From: a virus
Length of the DNA stretch: 64,000 nt
Reading direction: 5' to 3' (one strand)
Virus record (IMG/VR): IMGVR_UViG_3300042914_004291
Span: 1 to 64,000 of that record
Shown here: in pieces, positions 28,568 to 37,715 of the stretch
How the letters are laid out: the number at the start of each line of letters is the position of its first letter
Position numbering within the stretch: position 1 is the first letter of the stretch
Notes under the pieces: model-generated
The model's input: only the letters and a program-made list of their open reading frames with translations
The model's database searches: none
What the model was told of the DNA's origin: nothing
Position numbers and translations under genes: made by a program

Positions 28568-28905
28568 GTTGGGCGTTGTAATCTTGGGGACTGGGTGCCG
28601 AATTGTCTAAATTTTCCCTGGAGGGCTGCAATCTCTGGCGTGTTGTGATGTGCAGCCTTTGTCCCTCCGCCCGTCTCTGAAGCTTTAGCAATCTCTTTCG
28701 TGATGCGTTCCATGAGCCAGCCTTTATAGGTCACTGGGAATTGGATGAACGTAGCCCAGTCCATTCCGAAGTAATATCCCAAGTTAAAGAACTCATCCAG
28801 CCATTTCTCTCGCTCTTGCGCGACCTTTTGTTGTTTCAACTTTTCGGTCGCAGCAATATCCTCTGGCGTTTCACCAGAGTTACTTTGTAAGATTAGGCCA
28901 AAGAA
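28564..28905 (-). CDS. Tail/baseplate chaperone C-terminal extension, probably reached by +1 frameshift
   Basis: The frame is open from the TTT CTT TGG site (FFGLILQ...WLDEFFNLGYYFGMDW...P...WL..RI); its only internal start is a weak TTG at 28839. Confidence 0.6.
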   Translation of the reverse strand, partial: FFGLILQSNSGETPEDIAATEKLKQQKVAQEREKWLDEFFNLGYYFGMDWATFIQFPVTYKGWLMERITKEIAKASETGGGTKAAHHNTPEIAALQGKFRQFGTQSPRLQRPT

Positions 28906-29836
28906 AGTCAGTCCCGAGTGTCACGGGCACCTCCTCGGCATGTTCACAATCCGGATTCTTACATTTAAAATCGTGTACGAACTTGATGCTTGGAGTGTTC
29001 TTCTCGATGTGTTTGCGCAAAGAAGATGAATCCATGGCTGGCATAGACGCACAATATTGTTTTACTAGGTTTCTGTCATCAAAACCGTCAATGCTGATGA
29101 TTTGCGTTTCTAGAAGTTCGGTCACTGCTCTAGTCTCTGGACCTTGGATGGCCACCTTGAGTTTTGCCGTTCTCTTTGCCGTTTCTTCACGTTCATCAGA
29201 CAGACGTTTCTCATCACCAACTGTCAGGAAACGCCAAACAACGACCTTTTTGCTCATTGGCAGTGTGAATCGAAATGCATTGGTGAATGGCGAAACTTGA
29301 TCTAGTTTCTTGAGATCCAGACCAGTCATTGGCATGTCATTGAACGGAACTTCATCATCTTGCTCGCTCTTACATTCGGGACATTTGAAATGAGCACTCA
29401 TTGTGTGTCCATACCCAGTCATGCGTACGCCAACCAGCAGCGCATCGCGATCACCTAGGATCAAGCTGTTGATGTCAAGTCGTCTATCCATGAGACAAGA
29501 TTTGATCAGCTCATCAATCACGGTGTTCTTCTTCAGGAACACTGGGTTCATCAGGATGTTCTCCTCTTGCGATGTCATTGGCTTGATGTCAACCTCTTTG
29601 CGACCTCTCAAACCTTCATCTGAATAAATCAGTCCTTCGCTGGGAAGAGGAACGCTGGCGATGGGCATGTCAAATCCAAGCTTTTTGGCTTTTTCAAGCG
29701 CAGCTTCTTGGAATGATTGCCGCGGAACGTTGCTCTCAGTGCCAGGAATCAGACCCTCGGCACCGCCGCCAGGAGCGGCATAGATTGAATTGTTGCTGCG
29801 TTGCTGTGGCGTGTTTGGTAGTTGTTGTTTGCTCAT
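28880..29836 (-). CDS. Baseplate hub assembly / tail chaperone, T4 gp26-like
   Basis: VPLPSEG, IKPMTSQEENIL, GDRDALL..R..GYG, two Cys pairs (CPEC, CKNPDC), C-terminal FLWP. Confidence 0.75.
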   Translation of the reverse strand: MSKQQLPNTPQQRSNNSIYAAPGGGAEGLIPGTESNVPRQSFQEAALEKAKKLGFDMPIASVPLPSEGLIYSDEGLRGRKEVDIKPMTSQEENILMNPVFLKKNTVIDELIKSCLMDRRLDINSLILGDRDALLVGVRMTGYGHTMSAHFKCPECKSEQDDEVPFNDMPMTGLDLKKLDQVSPFTNAFRFTLPMSKKVVVWRFLTVGDEKRLSDEREETAKRTAKLKVAIQGPETRAVTELLETQIISIDGFDDRNLVKQYCASMPAMDSSSLRKHIEKNTPSIKFVHDFKCKNPDCEHAEEVPVTLGTDFLWPNLTK

Positions 29837-29917
29837 ATGTGATCAGATCTGTTGCTAACTTAGTTCAACAATGATTTCTAAGCTAGGAAATCGACCTTGT
29901 TCAATATGAACGAACAA

Positions 29918-30319
29918 TCATCCTAGGGTTGGCAGGTCTTTTTTCACCGCTGTTGCAGGCTGAGAAGATCCAGGAGCTGACGTCTTTTTGCTTGGTTTTT
30001 CTTCCACAGGATTCTTTGGAAGCCTGGAAACAGCCTTTGCTGCATTCGCCACGGAGGTTGCAAACGCTTGGTGTAAATCGGCCATGACATGCGCATAAAC
30101 ATCTTGCTGCACATCATTCATCTGGTTTGGATCAATAACGTTCAACATTTTAACAAGCTCGTCTTCAAACTTCAAAGCAGTTTCTTGAGCTTTGATAGTC
30201 AGAGTGCGAATCGCATTGAAGTTTGCATCCTCATTAAGACGTTTTGCAACGATCTTTGTGATGAGCTCTTCAAGTTTTGCTTCACTCAGTGTGACCATGT
30301 TGGTTTTTTTCTTTGTCAT
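29918..30319 (-). CDS. Putative head protein with leader
   Basis: Probable start at 30319; VTLSEAKLEELITKIVAKRLNE. Confidence 0.6.
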   Translation of the reverse strand: MTKKKTNMVTLSEAKLEELITKIVAKRLNEDANFNAIRTLTIKAQETALKFEDELVKMLNVIDPNQMNDVQQDVYAHVMADLHQAFATSVANAAKAVSRLPKNPVEEKPSKKTSAPGSSQPATAVKKDLPTLG

Positions 30320-30332
30320 TACAATACTCTTT

Positions 30333-30665
30333 TCAAATACTTCCAATAACAAGTTCAACAGTTTCTGCATCATCTACATGATCAATTGGTGGCTCATATG
30401 CATTGTCGGTTTGCGAAGGCGAGCTAGTACTTCGATCAGCGCAATTGGCTCCGCTTGGACTGTCCGAGAGGGCGGGCGTGTCGCCCATTCCCGGAAACAA
30501 CCCAGCATCAACAGAATCTTGGTTGGGAGCGCTGTATCTTGTAGCGTCTGGGAGTTTGATATCGCCGCCACCAGAAGAAGATATTGAACCCATCTCTTGA
30601 CAGGCACATTCTGCAATGATCCTTGCAAGTTTTTGCGGCGAAAGTTTGATGACACATCTTTTCAT
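30333..30665 (-). CDS. Putative head protein with leader
   Basis: IKLSPQKLARIIAE, then a disordered acidic region; ATGA-coupled. Confidence 0.55.
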   Translation of the reverse strand: MKRCVIKLSPQKLARIIAECACQEMGSISSSGGGDIKLPDATRYSAPNQDSVDAGLFPGMGDTPALSDSPSGANCADRSTSSPSQTDNAYEPPIDHVDDAETVELVIGSI

Positions 30666-31210
30666 GATTGTTTTTTCTTTTCTGATAGATATGATTTGAA
30701 CAGGTCTTTCAGGCTAGCATATTCCTGGAGAGAAAGACCTGTGATTGCTGCCACATCTGCCGCCGTTTGTTTTAGTTCTGGTGATGCAGGGATCGCATTT
30801 GGATCTAGAGCTTGACCGTCTTGCTGTGCCTTGGTTGGATCGCCCAGGATTGCTGCAACTAGATCAGATGTTGTTTGTTGTTCTTTGCCACCACCCTGCA
30901 ACCCAGCCATCAGTGTTTTTCTAGCGTCTGGTTGCGCCATACTTTCCAAATCGTCGATTGTCAACAACGACTCAGCCTCGGCCGAAGGATCTTGCTCGGC
31001 AGGATCGTTAGGTACTGTTCCCATCGGGTCTTCGCCGCCAGGATTGTCCATTCCATCAAATGGTGTTTGCTCGTTTCCAAACCCATCGCCCAAACCAGGA
31101 TCGGTTGTCAATCCTTGTTCTTTCAAGATTGCTTCCACACGCTCAAGTATCAGATTAACCAAAGCTTCGTGTGTCATGGTTAGTTTCTTGTGTTGTCTTT
31201 GTTTCTTCAT
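30662..31210 (-). CDS. Putative head/scaffold-like protein with leader
   Basis: KLTMTHEALVNLILERVEAILKE, then an acidic Gly/Pro region; GTATTTA 5 nt upstream. Confidence 0.6.
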   Translation of the reverse strand: MKKQRQHKKLTMTHEALVNLILERVEAILKEQGLTTDPGLGDGFGNEQTPFDGMDNPGGEDPMGTVPNDPAEQDPSAEAESLLTIDDLESMAQPDARKTLMAGLQGGGKEQQTTSDLVAAILGDPTKAQQDGQALDPNAIPASPELKQTAADVAAITGLSLQEYASLKDLFKSYLSEKKKQS

Positions 31211-31228
31211 GTGATTAAATACATTTCA

Positions 31229-31729
31229 TCAGGCCATAGCAACCAACTGTTCGAGCTGTGCACGTGCATCCTGGTCATTCAACATCTTAACAATACCGGG
31301 ATGTTTAGCTCCAAGTTTCATCAAACCATCCAGGCTGACCCACTTGTGCATGTCCGCTTCCCTGTCCGACAGAACAGGAGCAAATTCGCTGCGAACAACG
31401 CCTAGGTATGTGTGGAAAGTGAAGCCATCTAGCTTGTCTGGATACGCGACGTACAGTTGTCGAAGTTTGTGTGCGTCTGTCTGAGGCACAATCCTAGCGC
31501 CGGTTTCTTCTTCTAGTTCTCTGGCTGCGGCTGCAATAATAGTCTCGCAAGGATTAACTTTTCCTCCAGGAATACACCACGTGTGAGGTTCATTGACCCA
31601 GACTGATCTGAGTAAAAGTAGGAAACGTTTTGTCGTGCCGCAAAACAATAGAACCCCGGCACCTAGCTTGTTGGCCGTGGAAGAAGAAGTTTCAGTGTTG
31701 TTTTTATTGATAGAATGAAACGCTGACAT
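31229..31729 (-). CDS. NUDIX hydrolase
   Basis: Nudix box PGGKVNPCETIIAAAARELEEETG. Confidence 0.9.
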   Translation of the reverse strand: MSAFHSINKNNTETSSSTANKLGAGVLLFCGTTKRFLLLLRSVWVNEPHTWCIPGGKVNPCETIIAAAARELEEETGARIVPQTDAHKLRQLYVAYPDKLDGFTFHTYLGVVRSEFAPVLSDREADMHKWVSLDGLMKLGAKHPGIVKMLNDQDARAQLEQLVAMA

Positions 31730-32504
31730 CCAGACCTGTTGCTGCTTTATGGATTATGGCCCATTTGGCAACAAATAAATATGCTTTGTCATTGATGTCT
31801 GGTTTGATCTTCAGCAGTCTGACGATTTGTTCTTTGAAAGGCCACATAAAGTAATATTCGCCGTTGCTATAATGAACAGCCAACGCTTCAATATAGTTCT
31901 CTGGAATTTCTTCCCCCGTCCTGTTGCCATAGACAATCTTCTTCACGAAAGATACATCAGATCTATTGGCTCTGAGCTCAAACCATGCTCTGAATGGTGC
32001 TGGGATTGGCGCCAAGAAAAGGAGCGAGAGAAGAAGCCAGAGCCAGCTTGCATTCTGAAAGATTATTGCGGTCAAAACACCAACCGGTGCCAACAGCGCG
32101 AGAACTTGTGGGAACAGATATGCCATTGAAAATATCAGATTCCCCAACTTCTTCCTGTCAAACGCATGAATTGTTTCATGCATCAAGATTTGCAAGAGTT
32201 GCACGTCGCTCATCTGATCAACTACGGCAACAGGTGCATAGATCGTGTTTCCAATGATAGTGAAGAAGTGCGTCATGAATCGTGGGCTGAGCTTTGTGTT
32301 GATAAAGAACCAGCCAACTGAGCGCATTAGCCAGCTTGACTCTTTGTTCTTTAAAATCAACTCAATGCCCTGAGACGTCTTCAGGTCTTGGAGAAATCTG
32401 TTGCAAGAACGATATCTCTGGTCATCGAGCACCAGGATGCCTGTTGAGGCATCCACAGTGACGCTAGGATTAATTTTAAGAGCTTGACTGGCCATTTCTA
32501 TCAC
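31704..32504 (-). CDS. Membrane-associated zincin-like peptidase
   Basis: HETIH (HExxH), two hydrophobic helices, downstream FELRA. Confidence 0.6.
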   Translation of the reverse strand: MIEMASQALKINPSVTVDASTGILVLDDQRYRSCNRFLQDLKTSQGIELILKNKESSWLMRSVGWFFINTKLSPRFMTHFFTIIGNTIYAPVAVVDQMSDVQLLQILMHETIHAFDRKKLGNLIFSMAYLFPQVLALLAPVGVLTAIIFQNASWLWLLLSLLFLAPIPAPFRAWFELRANRSDVSFVKKIVYGNRTGEEIPENYIEALAVHYSNGEYYFMWPFKEQIVRLLKIKPDINDKAYLFVAKWAIIHKAATGLDVSVSFYQ

Positions 32505-32582
32505 CTCGTAGCTGCCATTGTTTGGTGGCAGCCAACGATTAACTAACGGCCAAGGAATTGATCTCTGGATATTTCTAGAAGC

Positions 32583-34013
32583 TCAGCCGACATGGCGGCG
32601 AACTTGCTCGCCGCTGCCCATTCGAATGACAAGATCACCTGGACGGACTGTTTCCATGGTGCCACCCGGAGTGACGAGCCAAAGAATCGGGGTCTTGCAG
32701 TGCTTCATCTTTGGAGCATAACCATCCGTGACAACCACGGCACCGGAATACTTGTTCTTGTTCTGTAGATCATTGAGATAGTCCGCAACACAATCAAAGT
32801 CGGTGCCACCACAGCGAGTACGAAGCCATTTGAAACCAGAACCACGCTTCACGGTGTGAAATGAGCCCTCATCAATTGACGTGTCAAAGTTCATGATGTC
32901 AATCTGACCAGTGCGAGAACAGTTGAGCCCCTCTGCTAGACCGCGGGCAACGTCATCATCTCCCATACTGCCAGACTGGTCAATGAACCAGACAATTTGC
33001 GCAATCTCATCGCGACGTGTTCCAGGCATCTTGTACGGAGCCCGCTTGTTTACACGGCGCATTGTGCTCACCGGGTCGAGCGCACGGGTTTTCGCATGAA
33101 ACATCTTGAGAACCGCACGCCAGTCAACCTCGGAGCGCAGATACTCATCGATTGCTTTCTGCATATCAGCCGAGACAGAGCCCCACTGGTTGGCGCTGCG
33201 CGCATGAGTTGCGGCCTCGCGAATCATACCGCGAATTTCCTCAGAGATCACATCCTCCATGTCTGGATCAACACCCCAGCTAGAGTGATCATCCATGGAT
33301 CCATAGCCAAAACCCATCTGCGCACCAGGAGATTGATCTTGCAACTCACGCAGCTTCTTCATGTAGAAGTCGCTTGACTGCAATGCTGGGAAGCTTGCGA
33401 TCAGGTCGCGGAACTTCTTTGCATGCTCAATCTCAGCCGCAGTTGGCTTACGCTTCTCGCCATCTTCATCGGCCTCTTCCTCCTTCTCCGCAAGCATACG
33501 GCCCGGGAGAAGTGTGAACCCTGGAAGACGAAGAGCATCCACTTCCTTGAGCTTGCCACTCTGGTCGTGGTCAATGAGGCTGTTGATCGCAAGGTCTGTT
33601 GCAATGTTCCAAAGTTTGGCCTGCTCGCGGACAGCTTTGCGGTCGGCAATGTGAGCAAGCGCTACGTGAAACAGCTCGTGCATCATCACGCCAATGCGCT
33701 GCTTGTGCGTCATCCCCAGAAAGAAATGACGGTTGATGAACATCGTGACACGTGGCATGCGATCCGCGCGGTGCTTTGTTGCGCCAACAGCAGCAGTTGG
33801 CATGTTCTTCTCATCGTCCGTATAAACCTTTGGAATGCGCATCGAAAGGATTGCAAGGAATGGTTCACTCAGGCTGATTGCGCCAATAACTTTGTCCATG
33901 ACGTCTTGGAAGCTCTCGGTGGAAAGCCTTCCGTCTGCGATGATCTGACTTACTGTACGATTGTCCACTTTTTTGCTTTCTGGTTGAATGTTTGATGAGG
34001 TGTAGGGTGACAC
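32583..34013 (-). CDS. Metallopeptidase (HExxH) + VWA domain protein (DUF2201-type)
   Basis: PTAAVG, HELFHVAL.H, WNIATDLAIN, DDHSSW, MIDAS DQSGSM, GGTDF, VTDGY. Confidence 0.88.
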   Translation of the reverse strand: MSPYTSSNIQPESKKVDNRTVSQIIADGRLSTESFQDVMDKVIGAISLSEPFLAILSMRIPKVYTDDEKNMPTAAVGATKHRADRMPRVTMFINRHFFLGMTHKQRIGVMMHELFHVALAHIADRKAVREQAKLWNIATDLAINSLIDHDQSGKLKEVDALRLPGFTLLPGRMLAEKEEEADEDGEKRKPTAAEIEHAKKFRDLIASFPALQSSDFYMKKLRELQDQSPGAQMGFGYGSMDDHSSWGVDPDMEDVISEEIRGMIREAATHARSANQWGSVSADMQKAIDEYLRSEVDWRAVLKMFHAKTRALDPVSTMRRVNKRAPYKMPGTRRDEIAQIVWFIDQSGSMGDDDVARGLAEGLNCSRTGQIDIMNFDTSIDEGSFHTVKRGSGFKWLRTRCGGTDFDCVADYLNDLQNKNKYSGAVVVTDGYAPKMKHCKTPILWLVTPGGTMETVRPGDLVIRMGSGEQVRRHVG

Positions 34014-34038
34014 ACAGCCGTTTGACGACTTCCAAAAA

Positions 34039-34067
34039 ACCCTAGCAAGGATCTAGAACGTTGTCAA
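34039..34067 (-). promoter_or_regulatory. sigma70-type promoter for the VWA gene
   Basis: TTGACA-N17-TAGGGT with TG extension. Confidence 0.7.
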
Positions 34068-34162
34068 GTCCATGATCGGTCACGCCATGCGAAGACTCCT
34101 TTATCGATCGTGCGTACGCGAGTATTAACCAAACAATCACGCGATGCTGTGCTCCGGAGTTC

Positions 34163-34191
34163 TTGACAACCTTCGAAGGGTCTGCTAGAAC
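34163..34191 (+). promoter_or_regulatory. sigma70-type promoter for the AAA gene
   Basis: TTGACA-N17-TAGAAC with TG extension; divergent from the previous promoter. Confidence 0.65.
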
Positions 34192-34253
34192 CATGACTGT
34201 TCGACGGCACGGTGCCTCGACAGAACAACCCTACACAGAAGGATTAGAACACG

Positions 34254-35483
34254 ATGATTTCTCTCAACATGACTGCTACTCTCAACCTCATCGCCTGCCT
34301 CGGTACCGACCGCGCAATCCTGCTTGCTGGTCGCCACGGCATCGGCAAGTCTGAGGCTGTATATCAGGCGGCAGCACTTCGCCGCAATGACATCTACAAG
34401 GACCGCGCAGTCTGCGAGGCCGTTTCGGTTCGTCTCAAGAACGATCCCGGCTTTATCCGCGGAATGAAGAACTGGCTGGAGGAGAATGAGCTTCCCGATG
34501 GTTATCCTGCCGGGGTTTGGTACTACGAGATGGGTGTGCCCGTCGTCGAGCGCCGCCTCTCGCAGATGACCGAGGGCGACATCTGCGGCCTTCCCTTCGA
34601 GGGCGTGTTCGGCGGCACCACGTTCCGCGCAGTTGAGTGGCTGACCGCTGCCGTTGAATACCCCGTCGTGCTCTTCCTCGACGAGCTCAACCGTGCGATC
34701 AAAGGTGTCGAGCAGGCAACCTTCCAGCTAGCTGACTCGAAAGCGTTCGACGGTGTGCGCCTTCACGATGGTTCACAGGTGATTGTTGCGTGCAACATCG
34801 GCAACGACTACGAGGTGAGCACACTGGACCCCGCGGCGCTTTCTCGCTATGCCTCGGTGGAGCTTCGTCCTTCGACTGCGGAGTTCGTGACGTATGCTCG
34901 TCGGAAAGGTGCGGGCGTGATCGCAGGATTCATTGGAGCGAACCCGGGTTTGCTTGAGTCGGATCGATCCGAATCGTGGAAAAAGACGCCAGACCGTCGT
35001 GCATGGCTTAACCTGCACAAAGAACTTGAGCGTACCGGCCTGTACAAGACGCCAGAGACTGCGCTGTTCATGCATGTCGTGGGTGCAATGGTTGGACAGG
35101 AGGCGGCGTCACAGTTCCAGCGCTATGCTACCGATGCGCTCAAGGACGTGAAAATCGAGGAAATCCTGAGCGATTGGCCTTCGGCAAAAGGTCGAGTGGA
35201 CAATGGTTCTCGTGATGAGGTCCACTGTCGATACATCGATTCGGCCCAGAAGCTTCAGGCTTACATCAAGAAGCACGTGCTGACCGATGCTGAGGCGAAG
35301 AACTTCGCTGGCTTCTTCAACGATGCTCCTGCCGAGGTTTCTACCTCGCTCTGGACGGCTCTGACGGTGGCAAAGGGCGATTCCAAGTCTGGCAGCATCA
35401 GTCTGCCAAACATCGCCAAGGTGTTCCCTCTCGTGAGCGACAAGGTCATGACTGTCACAGATTCCAAACCAAAGAAGAAGTGA
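34254..35483 (+). CDS. MoxR-like AAA+ ATPase
   Basis: Walker A GRHGIGKS, RLSQMTEGD..GLP, Walker B LFLDELNR, LDPAALSR, PDRRAW. Confidence 0.88.
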   Translation: MISLNMTATLNLIACLGTDRAILLAGRHGIGKSEAVYQAAALRRNDIYKDRAVCEAVSVRLKNDPGFIRGMKNWLEENELPDGYPAGVWYYEMGVPVVERRLSQMTEGDICGLPFEGVFGGTTFRAVEWLTAAVEYPVVLFLDELNRAIKGVEQATFQLADSKAFDGVRLHDGSQVIVACNIGNDYEVSTLDPAALSRYASVELRPSTAEFVTYARRKGAGVIAGFIGANPGLLESDRSESWKKTPDRRAWLNLHKELERTGLYKTPETALFMHVVGAMVGQEAASQFQRYATDALKDVKIEEILSDWPSAKGRVDNGSRDEVHCRYIDSAQKLQAYIKKHVLTDAEAKNFAGFFNDAPAEVSTSLWTALTVAKGDSKSGSISLPNIAKVFPLVSDKVMTVTDSKPKKK

Positions 35484-35511
35484 TCCCTAGCTGACTGTCG
35501 GTAGTCAGCCC

Positions 35512-35551
35512 AAGGCCAGGAAACTAAAACGTTTCCTGGCCTTTTGTGTTT
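35512..35551 (+). terminator. Intrinsic terminator
   Basis: AAGGCCAGGAAAC-taaaac-GTTTCCTGGCCTT stem followed by a T-rich tract; a second hairpin GCTGACT/AGTCAGC lies just upstream. Confidence 0.8.
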
Positions 35552-35556
35552 CTGCC

Positions 35557-35585
35557 TTGACATGGTTTTTTCATATTTGTATCTT
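35557..35585 (+). promoter_or_regulatory. sigma70-type promoter for the dut-helicase operon
   Basis: TTGACA-N17-TATCTT. Confidence 0.7.
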
Positions 35586-35595
35586 CATGTTAGTC

Positions 35596-36093
35596 ATGAA
35601 GAAGACCACATCAACCATCATAAAACTCAAAGTTCTTCCGGAATATAATAATCTAGATTTCGCAGCGCCGACACAAGCCAAACCTGGAGATGCTGGGTTT
35701 GATATTGTTTCTGCTGTGGATATGCGCATTCATCCAGGTCGTGTTTATGTGGTTGCAACACCATTTATTCTTGCAGACGCACCAAACTACTTGCCGGATG
35801 GAAGTGACTATTATATCAAAGTCAACAGCCGCTCAGGCATGGCCGCAAAAAACGGCATATATCCAATCACTGGCACAATAGACAAAGGATATCGCGGCCA
35901 GATCAAAATTATCTTGACAATGGCTGAACAGGGCCATGGTGTTGAGAAACGTTATGTTGATATTTCACGCGGCGATCGGATCGCGCAGCTTGTTGTACAC
36001 AAGATCGAGGCAGACAATCTCAGGTTTGAATTGACTGATGAGGTTGTCGAGACTGTTCGCGGTGATTCTGGCTTTGGATCATCTGGGAAATGA
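35596..36093 (+). CDS. dut: Trimeric dUTPase
   Basis: GDAGFD, SRSG, GTIDKGYRG, GDRIAQL, RGDSGFGSSG; start moved to the ATG downstream of the promoter. Confidence 0.93.
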   Translation: MKKTTSTIIKLKVLPEYNNLDFAAPTQAKPGDAGFDIVSAVDMRIHPGRVYVVATPFILADAPNYLPDGSDYYIKVNSRSGMAAKNGIYPITGTIDKGYRGQIKIILTMAEQGHGVEKRYVDISRGDRIAQLVVHKIEADNLRFELTDEVVETVRGDSGFGSSGK

Positions 36094-36650
36094 CGTTGGA
36101 TCCAATGACATTATCTTTCGGTCAGTTGGTCGACCAGCCCGGTGGTACATTGGTTTATACTACTGGCGATGGAAGCCTCACATTCGATGAGCGCCTTGCG
36201 GGACCACATTCACAGCCAGTCTGGGGATATTCTGAGGAAACATTAGATCTTATCTTGAACTTTCACAGGAGGGAGAGATTCCAGGCATATTTCCCAGGAT
36301 GGTGGGAGCGGAAGAATTCACAAAGACAATCCGGGTTCCACAACGTGAATTCTCAGATAACACCCACAGAACCATTAGGTTTGTTATTGAACAGAATATA
36401 CCTTCACGTAAACGGGACTGATATTCATTCGGATTTTTGTGCTGGAGACTGTGTGTTTGTTGAAATGCTCATTGAAGGCAAAGTCGAGTTCGTGAGGCTG
36501 AATGCCTTTAACTTCTTCAGAAAAATGACAATGATTGACGCGTTTGGGAAATACGACCATGAAAAACAAAACACAACCGAAGCAGAAAAGCTGATGATTG
36601 ACATGAATGTCTACGAGCTGTTTCGATCCTCAAGGCTGGTGTTGCAATGA
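36090..36650 (+). CDS. Hypothetical protein
   Basis: ATGA-coupled on both sides. Confidence 0.55.
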   Translation: MTLDPMTLSFGQLVDQPGGTLVYTTGDGSLTFDERLAGPHSQPVWGYSEETLDLILNFHRRERFQAYFPGWWERKNSQRQSGFHNVNSQITPTEPLGLLLNRIYLHVNGTDIHSDFCAGDCVFVEMLIEGKVEFVRLNAFNFFRKMTMIDAFGKYDHEKQNTTEAEKLMIDMNVYELFRSSRLVLQ

Positions 36651-37711
36651 AAACTGTGTTAATCGTCGACTCCTTGAATGTCTTCATCAGGCACTTCATG
36701 GTGTCTGAGGCAATGAACTCTGTTGGTGAGATGGTTGGAGGTGCTCTTGGGTTTGTTGGGAGCATTGGATCAGTGATTGGTCAATTGAAACCTAATGCTG
36801 TGGTAGTTGTCTGGGAGAAGGGTGGTGCAAGTTCGCGGCGGAAATCCATCTACCCTCAATACAAAGCAAACAGGGCAGCAGGCGGCAACAATCCAGCCAT
36901 GGCTGAGATGTCTTACCGGGGCGATGGTAAGTTCAGACCGGCTGTGGATAAAACAAACAAGGTGTTCCAGATCCAACTGTGCACCAAGTTGCTGAAGTGT
37001 TTGCCAGTGTGTCAGTTATATGTTGAGAACACCGAAGCAGACGACATCATTGCTTATCTGACAACGCAGAGGTTTGGAAACAGAGAAGAACCGATTCGCA
37101 GGATCATCATGTCTAGCGACAAAGACTTTTATCAGTTGTTGGAAGATGACAATGTAAGGATCTATGACCCCGCCAGAAAGATCTTGATCGACAAAGACTA
37201 CGTTGAAACAAACTTCGGTGTCACTCCCAGGAATATAACACTGGCCAGATCTGTGATTGGGGATCCGTCAGACAATCTAGATGGTGTTGATGGGATTGGT
37301 TTCAAAACTATCAGCAAGAGAATGCCAGAGTTCATGGATCGCAGCGTTGACCTTGATGCTGAATGGCTTGAAGAGAAATGCAAAGAGTCTCTGAATGAGA
37401 TTGCCGCGGCAAAACCGAAGAAGAAAGCACCGGCCTGTTTTGGTGACATCGTTGAGAACATTGACGTTGTGAAGAGAAACTGGAAGCTGATGTATCTTGG
37501 CGGTACAAATGCGTTAGCTGCATCACAGATCTCTCAGATTGATGGGAAATTGGATGAATGGAACCAGAATCCAAACGCTCAGAGGTACGACAAGCTGCTA
37601 TTTATGCAAGAACTTTTGCGTGCAAACATCCCATTCACTTCCAGCTTAGAAACCTGCCTGGAGTCCATGCTGACGCTGGCAAGGAACACAAAGACATTCA
37701 TTTACGAATAG
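36647..37711 (+). CDS. 5'-3' exonuclease / flap endonuclease (T4 RNase H-like)
   Basis: LIVDSLN, RK.IYPQYKANR, EADDIIA, SSDKDFYQL, GDPSDNLDGVDGIGFKT. Confidence 0.92.
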   Translation: MKTVLIVDSLNVFIRHFMVSEAMNSVGEMVGGALGFVGSIGSVIGQLKPNAVVVVWEKGGASSRRKSIYPQYKANRAAGGNNPAMAEMSYRGDGKFRPAVDKTNKVFQIQLCTKLLKCLPVCQLYVENTEADDIIAYLTTQRFGNREEPIRRIIMSSDKDFYQLLEDDNVRIYDPARKILIDKDYVETNFGVTPRNITLARSVIGDPSDNLDGVDGIGFKTISKRMPEFMDRSVDLDAEWLEEKCKESLNEIAAAKPKKKAPACFGDIVENIDVVKRNWKLMYLGGTNALAASQISQIDGKLDEWNQNPNAQRYDKLLFMQELLRANIPFTSSLETCLESMLTLARNTKTFIYE

Positions 37712-37715
37712 TCAC

